Origin: an uncultured Gammaproteobacteria bacterium
GTDB taxonomy: Bacteria > Pseudomonadota > Gammaproteobacteria > SZUA-140
Direction: 5' to 3'
Length of the DNA: 20,925 nt
NCBI GenBank assembly: GCA_945788675.1
Contig: CALZMY010000104.1
Location: forward strand, 1 to 20,925
Shown here: in pieces, positions 8,951-15,470 of the stretch
Position numbering within the stretch: position 1 is the first letter of the stretch
How the letters are laid out: every line of letters begins with the position of its first letter
Position numbers and translations under genes: made by a program
The notes under the pieces: model-generated
Told to the model about the DNA's origin: nothing
What the model saw: the letters and a program-made list of their open reading frames with translations, nothing else
Database searches by the model: none

Positions 8951-9409
8951 CTATTGTTGAACTTTCCAGCTTCCATCGGCCTGACGACAACTCGTACCAA
9001 AAACACTCTCTTTTTTGCCGCCAATCATTGCATCCACCGTATATTCACGACAGGGACCTGCCGTTGTTTCGTAGGTGCGCGTAGGCACAACGGTGTACTG
9101 GTTGCCGCTATCAGGATTGTTCCAGGTTGAAGGTACGCCGGTGCGTACTGTTTCCATGGCATGTGCCGTCTTGATCCGATCACTTTCATCCATTGACCGT
9201 CCAATCGAACCGCCGATCGAAGACCCGACGATGGTGCCTACTATAATGGCGGCAGTACGGCCATGCCCCCCGCCGATTTCAGAGCCGAGTAACCCACCTA
9301 ATACGCCGCCGACGACCATTCCCGTCTGCTCCTGGCTAGGCGGTGTTGCGCACCCCGATATTAATAGTGCGCCGGAGAGAACAATACTGAATAGAGATTT
9401 AACTTTCAT
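8951..9409 (-). CDS. Outer-membrane lipoprotein of the Rickettsia 17-kDa surface-antigen family (glycine-zipper N-terminus).
   Basis: Lipobox LISGC and a glycine zipper GGVLGGLLGSEIGGG...GTIVGSSIGGSIG. The C-terminal WNNPDSGNQYTVVPTRTYETTAGPCREYTVDAMIGGKKESVFGTSCRQADGSWKV aligns closely with the Rickettsia 17-kDa antigen (WRNPDNGNYGYVTP..YCREYTQ..IGGK...G.ACRQPDGQW.V). SD AAGGAG. Confidence 0.8.
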   Translation of the reverse strand: MKVKSLFSIVLSGALLISGCATPPSQEQTGMVVGGVLGGLLGSEIGGGHGRTAAIIVGTIVGSSIGGSIGRSMDESDRIKTAHAMETVRTGVPSTWNNPDSGNQYTVVPTRTYETTAGPCREYTVDAMIGGKKESVFGTSCRQADGSWKVQQ

Positions 9410-9452
9410 ATCATGGCTCCTTTTTAGGGTTTGATCATGCGATTCTCCAAGG

Positions 9453-9950
9453 TCAATTGTGGATCATCACGCCGATACCAAAACGAAAACTCGTATCGGG
9501 AGTATCGTTTTGTTTACTCCAAAGGTAGTGCTCATTGATTTTAACTAGCGGATAAGTGTATTCGCTTTCGCCAATCTTGCCGCTGTTTGTACCTTGCAGT
9601 ATGCCGCGGATGGTGATTAAACGCCCCTGAGTATAATCGGTGGTCTCCAGATAATCCTCTTGTTGCGCTAAAAAGCGTCCCAACGGTGTTTTGTCAACGA
9701 GTGGTCTTTGGCTGGAGTCCAGCGGGTAAGCCAGAACTTCAAACTGAGTGACCTCCTTGAGGTTTGCGCTGGCGATGATGATACCGCCCCACAATACCTG
9801 ATCCCCTTGCAGTGCTTCACTCTCAACCACCGCCTGTTGCGGTGTGATGCTGAGATCAATCGCACTGGTATCATATTTCGGCCCCGTCGCGCAGGCAGCT
9901 AACAGCACAGCAAAAAATAGTAAAGTCAATATGTTGTGTTTACCGATCAT
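9453..9950 (-). CDS. slp: Slp-family outer-membrane lipoprotein (starvation-inducible lipoprotein homologue), paralogue 1.
   Basis: Lipobox LLAAC. Similar to E. coli Slp (..WGG.I..V.N....T..E.L..PLDS...P......GRFLA...G.L....Y.......TI.GT..G). Confidence 0.8.
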   Translation of the reverse strand: MIGKHNILTLLFFAVLLAACATGPKYDTSAIDLSITPQQAVVESEALQGDQVLWGGIIIASANLKEVTQFEVLAYPLDSSQRPLVDKTPLGRFLAQQEDYLETTDYTQGRLITIRGILQGTNSGKIGESEYTYPLVKINEHYLWSKQNDTPDTSFRFGIGVMIHN

Positions 9951-9960
9951 AGCGATATGT

Positions 9961-10010
9961 CTAAGGAACCTCTGATTAATTCATGAACGGTAGCGATGAG
10001 TCCAAAATAT
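9961..10010 (-). repeat. Copy C of the ~50-bp repeat family, in inverted orientation.
   Basis: The reverse complement reads atattttggactcatcgctaccgttcatgaattaatcagaggttccttag. It lies immediately upstream of the slp paralogue 1 start codon. Confidence 0.65.
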
Positions 10011-10094
10011 CCAACTGCTGCGTTGCTAATCTTAGCAATAGGCCCGCTACTGAGTGCCCCTTGGGTATTCCTTGCGATTCGCGCCTTGCATTTG

Positions 10095-10145
10095 AATATT
10101 TTGACTCTCATCTCTATCCGCCCAGAATTAATCAGAGGTTCCTTA
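10095..10145 (+). repeat. Copy D of the ~50-bp repeat family; it ends exactly at the stop codon of slp paralogue 2.
   Basis: atattttgactctcatctctatccgcccagaattaatcagaggttccttaa. Together with copy C, 84 bp away, it forms a 185-bp imperfect palindrome. Confidence 0.65.
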
Positions 10146-10688
10146 ACGATGCCGTGGATGAATCGGGCGGAATGGATAAGGATAGGGATAGTAGTAGTAA
10201 GGCCAGGGATCATAATAGCGCCACGATGGCGGATAATCTGGAAAAAGGATCTCAGGCTCAATCATCCACATGTATGACCCTGTCACCGCGACCACTGGAA
10301 ACGTATATTGATACTCACCAATAGGGCGTGTCACCTGCTGCTCGATAGTACCAACCACCGTTAACAGGTGGCCTACCTCGTACACAGCTGGATCGGCAAA
10401 CCCTGCAAGGCTGGCAATGAAACGTCCGCCACTGCTATCCTGCTGCCGAGGTTTGCCATTCCGACCCAACTCGCGACTTATTACCTCTATCCAGGTCTGT
10501 GAGGCTTTGTTTTCCACCTGAGTGATCATGCCGCCCCAGCGCACTTCAGAATTGATAAACAGTACTGGATTCGCCTGCACCTCGGCCACTGTTAGATTGA
10601 CGGATGGGACCTTGCTGATGGATAACGGCGGTTTACTCGCGCAGCCAACGAACATCATAAGAATGAGAAAGAACCATAAATATTTCAT
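10143..10688 (-). CDS. Slp-family outer-membrane lipoprotein, paralogue 2, with a Pro/Tyr/Trp-rich C-terminal tail.
   Basis: Start re-placed at ATG 10686-10688 (MKYLWFFLILMMFVGCASK, lipobox FVGC), which has a GAGG SD 6 nt upstream. Shares RWGG.I, GRF.A..AGF.DP..Y..G..LTVVGTI with paralogue 1 and with Slp. Tail: PDYPPSWRYYDPWPYYYYPYPYPFRPIHPRHR. Confidence 0.8.
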   Translation of the reverse strand: MKYLWFFLILMMFVGCASKPPLSISKVPSVNLTVAEVQANPVLFINSEVRWGGMITQVENKASQTWIEVISRELGRNGKPRQQDSSGGRFIASLAGFADPAVYEVGHLLTVVGTIEQQVTRPIGEYQYTFPVVAVTGSYMWMIEPEILFPDYPPSWRYYDPWPYYYYPYPYPFRPIHPRHR

Positions 10689-11004
10689 GTCATGCCTCGC
10701 AAAAAACATGGTGTAGCAGTAACAAGTCTTATTATTTTAGACCCTATTCCTTACCATTTATAGCACTGATATATGGCTACGCTGCATCTTTTATTTTATC
10801 ACCTAAAGAATTAATAAATAACTATATCTTATTGAAATATTTATATTATATATAGATAATGAGGTGATGATTTTTCTGCTTTCAGAAAAACCTGCGTGTC
10901 ATTCAGGCCATCGCATGTTCGTGTGATACTGCAGTGTCACAACGCCCCACTTTAACAAAGGGGGATTGAGGGGAATTATAAATGGAGATTTACTTCGCAG
11001 GTGA

Positions 11005-11571
11005 TCAGGCCCGCGACATAAACTTGCCCGTGGCGGTATTGACCTTAATCACTTCACCGCTCGTCAGGTATTCCGGTACCTGAATTTCTATGCCGGTGGA
11101 AAGCGTAGCGGGCTTGGTGCGGCTGGTCGCGCTGGCTCCCTTGATAGCTGGCGCGGTATCGGTAATCGTCAGTGCAACCGTCTGAGGTAACTCAATCCCC
11201 AACAGCTCATCGTCTATCAACAGGGCGATCATTCCTTCCAGGCTTTCGCTGATGTAACCCGCCACATCGGCCAGCTCTGCACCATTGATAGTGAACTGTT
11301 GATAGTCCTCGTTATCCATAAACACATAGTCGTCGCCGTCCATATAGGAAAACTGCACATTACGTTTTATCAGCTCGACTTCCTTGAGGAAATCGTCCCC
11401 CTTAAACCCCTGCTCCAGCTTCTGTTTTGTACGAGCATGGTTAAAACGCACTTTATACAGTGTGGATGCACCGCGCGCAGAGGGATTCTGCACATCGATC
11501 TGCATTACCACATAAGGTTGGTCATTAATCTCTACCACAGACCCTTTCTTTAAATCACTGGCTTTTGGCAT
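11005..11571 (-). CDS. yeiP: Elongation factor P-like protein YeiP (EfpL).
   Basis: Near-colinear with E. coli YeiP: MP.A...KKG.V......VV..ID.Q.P.ARGA.TLYK.RF...RT..K.E..FKGDD......L..R.V.FSY.DG..YVFMD.EDY, LPQTV.L.I..TAP.IKGASA..R.KPATLSTG..IQVPEYL..GE.I. Confidence 0.9.
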   Translation of the reverse strand: MPKASDLKKGSVVEINDQPYVVMQIDVQNPSARGASTLYKVRFNHARTKQKLEQGFKGDDFLKEVELIKRNVQFSYMDGDDYVFMDNEDYQQFTINGAELADVAGYISESLEGMIALLIDDELLGIELPQTVALTITDTAPAIKGASATSRTKPATLSTGIEIQVPEYLTSGEVIKVNTATGKFMSRA

Positions 11572-11632
11572 AGTACACTCGAGTTATCGATTTTAAGGCG
11601 TAAAATTGTCCTGAATTCTACCAGATAATGGG

Positions 11633-12013
11633 CTAATCGACAGCAGCCGCTTCTCGCTCACGCTTCAGCCGACGCGCTTCTTTTTGCGAATCACCCCCCC
11701 CCCTGTCAAGATAATAGAGGTAAAACCCAGAAACCCCCGGAAAGAGTAGAATGAATATGATCCCGGTAATCTTTTGCATGACCGGTGACCACGGCCACAC
11801 ATAGACGAGCCGCTGTATCGCATAGGCCCACATCACAATTCCGCACAGCACGATGCCGGCCAATAAGGACTCCCTGACCATTACGCCAACACCTGCGTCG
11901 ATGATGCCCTCTTTAACTAAAACAGGTGTCAATACAAAAGTGATGATCAACGCCGGTATCAGCATCATCAACGCCCAGTAACACACTGCATATAATCGAT
12001 TATCTATTTTCAT
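11633..12013 (-). CDS. Small membrane protein (3-4 predicted TM helices), function unknown. Contains a G10 tract near the 3' end.
   Basis: 126-aa ORF with hydrophobic segments WALMMLIPALIITFVLTPVLV, LLAGIVLCGIVMWAYAI and ITGIIFILLFPGVSGFYLYYL, and a basic C-terminal tail. No SD seen. Confidence 0.5.
   Translation of the reverse strand: MKIDNRLYAVCYWALMMLIPALIITFVLTPVLVKEGIIDAGVGVMVRESLLAGIVLCGIVMWAYAIQRLVYVWPWSPVMQKITGIIFILLFPGVSGFYLYYLDRGGGDSQKEARRLKREREAAAVD
11694..11703 (-). repeat. Homopolymeric tract: C10 on the + strand, G10 on the coding strand. Encodes GGG within the small membrane protein gene.
   Basis: Counted directly: ten consecutive C at 11694-11703. Confidence 0.9.
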
Positions 12014-12196
12014 AATGCGTGTCGATGTTACGTGGGTATTGGTAAGTAATGAAGCGAATCAAGGGTTTATTGTAGGGGATCGAGCAGAACCGTGCTAGAG
12101 TTATCAACTCTTTGAAACAACATTTCCCGAATGTTAGATCAGCCAGCAATTACCCTGTTATTATGCGCTTTCTATTATTCAATTAATTCTGCTGTT

Positions 12197-13114
12197 ATGA
12201 CCTTTAATACATCATTGCGAAACCTTCGCAGACGTTATCGCGAACCCGTCTTTAGATTTCTATTTAAGCTCTTCTTTTATCTGCCTCGTTCAATGACCTA
12301 TCGTTTAGGCAACTTTATTGGCTGGTCATTGTGGTTAAGTAATGGTACCACTCGCAACATCACTGAGATTAACCTCGGCCTCTGCTTGCCTGAAAAGGAT
12401 AAAGATGAGCGGTGTCGGATCGCCAAAGAGAGTTTGCGCAACCTGGGTAGAGCCATCACAGAAACCCCTTTTCTCTGGACCGCATCACAACAAAAAATAC
12501 TGGGTAGCGTGGTGAGTGTTGAAGGCGAAGCGCATATCGAAAAGGCCATGGCAGAAAAACGTGGGATCATCTGTTTAACCCCCCACCTGGGTGCGTGGGA
12601 GATTATAGGGCTCTATCTTTCGATAAAGTATCCGATGATCTGTCTCTACAGTCCACCCGACATGAGCACACTAGAAAACATCATGCTTAAAGGCCGCACA
12701 CGCTTTGGGCTGAAACTCGCTGCGACAGATACTCGTGGCGTCAGGGTATTACTGACAGCCCTGAAAAAAGGGGAAATTCTGGGTATCCTGCCGGATCAGG
12801 ATCCCGGCGAGGTCGGGGGTGCCTTTGCACCGCTTTTTGGCATACAGACCAACACCATCACATTAGTCACGCGCCTGGTGCAAAAGACAAACGCCGCCCC
12901 AATTGTTTGCTTTGCTGAGCGACTCCCGGCAGGCAAAGGCTACGTGATTCATTTTCAACCTGAACTCATGCAGGTTGGCGGTGAAAGTCTGGAGGTCTCA
13001 CTTGCGGAAATTAATAGGGGTATCGAATCTGTTATCCGTGAATACCCTGAACAGTATCAGTGGGGCTATAAACGTTTTAAAACGCGACCAGCAGGCGAAG
13101 CGCAAGTTTATTAG
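12197..13114 (+). CDS. lpxL: Lipid A biosynthesis secondary acyltransferase (LpxL/HtrB family), 305 aa.
   Basis: Colinear with E. coli LpxL, including the N-terminus (MTFNTSLRNL.RRY...LP...YRLG versus MTNLPKFSTALLHPRY...LP..IYRLG). Other shared motifs: EKRGII..TPH, W.ILPDQD and QY.W.YKRFKTRP. Start moved from the ORF-track ATG 12131 to the in-frame ATG 12197 on homology. It could equally be an LpxM or LpxP paralogue. Confidence 0.85.
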   Translation: MTFNTSLRNLRRRYREPVFRFLFKLFFYLPRSMTYRLGNFIGWSLWLSNGTTRNITEINLGLCLPEKDKDERCRIAKESLRNLGRAITETPFLWTASQQKILGSVVSVEGEAHIEKAMAEKRGIICLTPHLGAWEIIGLYLSIKYPMICLYSPPDMSTLENIMLKGRTRFGLKLAATDTRGVRVLLTALKKGEILGILPDQDPGEVGGAFAPLFGIQTNTITLVTRLVQKTNAAPIVCFAERLPAGKGYVIHFQPELMQVGGESLEVSLAEINRGIESVIREYPEQYQWGYKRFKTRPAGEAQVY

Positions 13115-13125
13115 TCAATTGCCAT

Positions 13126-13156
13126 GTCATTCCGGCATTTTTTTAGCCGGAATGAC
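13126..13156. terminator. Perfect 11-bp stem, 9-nt loop hairpin between the convergent lpxL and orphan gene ends.
   Basis: GTCATTCCGGC attttttta GCCGGAATGAC. It lies 12 bp after the lpxL stop and 28 bp after the stop of the minus-strand 489-aa gene. No U-tract on either side, so this is not a canonical intrinsic terminator. Confidence 0.4.
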
Positions 13157-13183
13157 GTGGCAAAAGAGGCTAATACTGCCTGA

Positions 13184-14653
13184 TCAGAACATAACGTCGA
13201 GCCTACGCGTCTGTTTAGCAATCGCTATTTTCACCACGCGAATTTTTGCTAATGCGATATCCCTACGGGCGACCTTATCGGGAGGGCTTAACACGGTGCC
13301 AAGTGCTGTTTCAGCGTGCTCAGCTCGATCCTGATATTGCCCCAATCGAGCATACTCACGATCTTGCCGCGCGATACGCTGGTTGACGAGCGCCGCATCG
13401 GTGGAGGTCATTGACGCTTCCTCAGTCTCTTCTAAAGCGTTTATTCTCGCTGTACTATCTGCCACTCGAGCAACAACTCTATCCACTTCAGTTTCCTGTG
13501 AAGCTAAAATATCCTCTGTGGTGTGAACTCCCTCAGGTAAATCTATTTCGAATGGATTCCATTCAGCACGCGGATCTGCGCGTAACTGGCCGTCCCATAT
13601 TACCGCGGCTTTGGGCCCCGCTGGTGTCATAAAAAAGTAGGCCCCCATAAAACCAACATAGGCCAACTCCCCGACTTGTCCTTCCCATCGCTTTTCGGCT
13701 TCATTGATGGTGTAGTAAACAATGTTACCTCTTGGATGTGCTTGCGTTCGGCCTTTGGTAAGGGTGATCTCTGCTGCTGCAATTTTATCTGCCGTTAGTG
13801 CGGTGATCTGTCCATGCCGCATACTCACAAGACCGGCGCCAACCGCTTCGGTCGATTCCTCTACAATCGTGCCGACACCGCCCAGTGCACCCTCAAGCGA
13901 GCTTATGATACCAGCCCACTGCTCTTGTTCGGCAGGAGGGTAAATGGTGACAAATTTAGGCAGTGATGCAGCATCGTTGACATCAAATTTATGGCTCACA
14001 TCAACCGCTTTCAACCTTGGGCTTACCGCCGCCACGGCGGCAGCCCTGTTTGCTTTGATTACTCCGATATGCGCCTTCCAGTCAACGTCTTCCCCGCTTG
14101 AGTTCGCGCCGGTGTACGCCATGTATTGGCCATTGACCGGGCCGTGACACCCCTGTTCTCTGAGACTCCCGGCTAAATCTTCATCTAATGCTAATTGAAT
14201 GGGAAGCGCCGTTTTTGTGCTGAGTATCTTTGAGTCGGCTTTCTTACGTTGTAGCGTGCTGTCGTCAGGTTGCAATTGCGTATTGCTTGCTGCATTTAAT
14301 GCTGCGGCACCCATGACATCCGCTTCTGATTCCAGTTCAGCACTATCATTTATATTGATACTACCCTTCATTTGAAGCGTTGGCTTTACCCTGCCTTGCT
14401 TCGCTTGTGGGGCATTTTGGACAATGCCCTGTAAAGCCTTCAATTGCGCAGCCTGAAGACTATTATTCATCATTGCTTGCAGCCTTCTTTGAGCAACAGC
14501 CTCAGGTCGATTGTCTACAAACTGTGACGTAGACTCACCACTGCTCTGTTTTTGGGAAGGCTCATTCGCAATGGATTGGCTTTTATTTTTATCTTTTTTA
14601 TCAGCGTAAGTATTCACATTATTCCTTTTCAAGTCTTCGTCCATAACAAACAA
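13184..14653 (-). CDS. Hypothetical 489-aa protein; no signal peptide and no recognisable catalytic motif. Polar low-complexity N-terminus, then a leader-like LQ...N.LQ / ESEAD / LQRK region.
   Basis: The long ORF is unlikely to be chance. The ORF-track start is TTG 14651-14653; the first ATG is 14642-14644 (MDEDLKRNN...). No SD. The N-terminal region is AT-rich, and the gene is flanked by a 340-bp AT-rich intergenic region. Confidence 0.6.
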   Translation of the reverse strand: MFVMDEDLKRNNVNTYADKKDKNKSQSIANEPSQKQSSGESTSQFVDNRPEAVAQRRLQAMMNNSLQAAQLKALQGIVQNAPQAKQGRVKPTLQMKGSININDSAELESEADVMGAAALNAASNTQLQPDDSTLQRKKADSKILSTKTALPIQLALDEDLAGSLREQGCHGPVNGQYMAYTGANSSGEDVDWKAHIGVIKANRAAAVAAVSPRLKAVDVSHKFDVNDAASLPKFVTIYPPAEQEQWAGIISSLEGALGGVGTIVEESTEAVGAGLVSMRHGQITALTADKIAAAEITLTKGRTQAHPRGNIVYYTINEAEKRWEGQVGELAYVGFMGAYFFMTPAGPKAAVIWDGQLRADPRAEWNPFEIDLPEGVHTTEDILASQETEVDRVVARVADSTARINALEETEEASMTSTDAALVNQRIARQDREYARLGQYQDRAEHAETALGTVLSPPDKVARRDIALAKIRVVKIAIAKQTRRLDVMF

Positions 14654-14889
14654 AATTAATAATAAAAAGGAGTGGAGAAATTAAATTTTTACCTTTCCAT
14701 CAGCCTTTATTCTTTTCCACGGCCTGCCTCGCGTTACTTACCCTAATTTCACATCCATTTAGCATAGGCTCCTTTCGGTTGCGGTCATTGAGAGGAAATC
14801 GACGACCCTTTTGATTTTAGATAAAAGTCAGACAAGCATAGCAAAAAAATGACGAGCCGCCTTATCTACTCATAAATCGTTACATTCAC

Positions 14890-14918
14890 TTGCGCTAACG
14901 CAGACCAGTCGTTATATA
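14890..14918 (+). promoter_or_regulatory. Candidate sigma70 promoter for glpE.
   Basis: TTGCGC at 14890-14895 (-35), a 17-bp spacer, TATATA at 14913-18 (-10); about 75 nt upstream of the proposed glpE start. Confidence 0.25.
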
Positions 14919-14994
14919 AGTAAGGTGCTATGAATTTTACTTATTGCACTCTACGGACTATCGTTATTATTACTATCAGTTTTGGAGTATCACC

Positions 14995-15297
14995 TTGTCA
15001 TTTCAACATATTAGTATTGATGATTTTAAAACCTTATCTCGCGAAAAATCGATAACATTAATTGATATTCGAGATGCGCAATCCTTCGCAACAGGTCATA
15101 TTGAACATGCAATTCATATTAGTGATGCCAATGTCGCTGATTTTATCGCTCAGGCAGACCTGGATAAACCGCTGGTGGTATGTTGCTATCATGGCAACAG
15201 CAGCCAGGGTGCCGCCGATTATTTCAGCCATCAGGGTTTTGAAGAAACCTATAGTCTGAACGGCGGTTATACAGACTGGCTACAACAAAAAGCTTGA
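14995..15297 (+). CDS. glpE: Thiosulfate sulfurtransferase GlpE (single-domain rhodanese), 100 aa.
   Basis: Colinear with E. coli GlpE: FQHISIDDFK.L..E...LIDIRD.QSFA.GH...A.HI......F....D.D.P..V.CYHGNSSQGAA.Y...QGF...YS..GG...W. Start placed at TTG 14995, which has a GGAG SD 7 nt upstream. The ORF-track ATG 14944 would add 17 residues (MHSTDYRYYYYQFWSIT) that do not look like protein. Confidence 0.85.
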   Translation: MSFQHISIDDFKTLSREKSITLIDIRDAQSFATGHIEHAIHISDANVADFIAQADLDKPLVVCCYHGNSSQGAADYFSHQGFEETYSLNGGYTDWLQQKA

Positions 15298-15470
15298 TAC
15301 ATACTCTAAAGATTACATGTAGCCTGGGCTGAGCTTATAGCGAAACCCAGGGGATTAAGATAGATAGTCTATATAATTGCCCGATTAGATTATGTGAACG
15401 GAAGATCGGGGGCAAAGCACAGGCTCCACTTTTTATAATCCCATGCTGCACTCTAACCCTGAATTTTATT

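Noticed and set aside
9983-10324. ORFs 9983..10324(+) and 9996..10277(+), starting right after repeat copy D/C, and 9947..10261(-)
   Set aside because: They overlap slp paralogue 2 (supported by lipobox and Slp homology) and the intergenic palindrome; the motif's AGGT plus a downstream ATG looked like an SD-start pair, but the downstream peptide (MPWMNRAEWIRIGIVVV...) is antisense to conserved Slp coding.
10720-11004. AT-rich 285-bp region between slp2 and yeiP, scanned for tRNA, sRNA or a small protein (for example MIFLLSEKPACHSGHRMFV after a GAGGTG)
   Set aside because: No tRNA-like T-arm or anticodon structure found; the small ORF has an SD abutting the ATG (spacing about 0) and is most simply the slp2 promoter/UTR region. 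Cannot exclude an sRNA.
13411-14147. Three ~70-aa + strand ORFs inside the 489-aa orphan gene
   Set aside because: Antisense to the long ORF, short and Pro/Ser/Ala-rich. However, because the orphan gene itself lacks homology, the strand assignment rests on ORF length (489 aa versus 73 aa) only.
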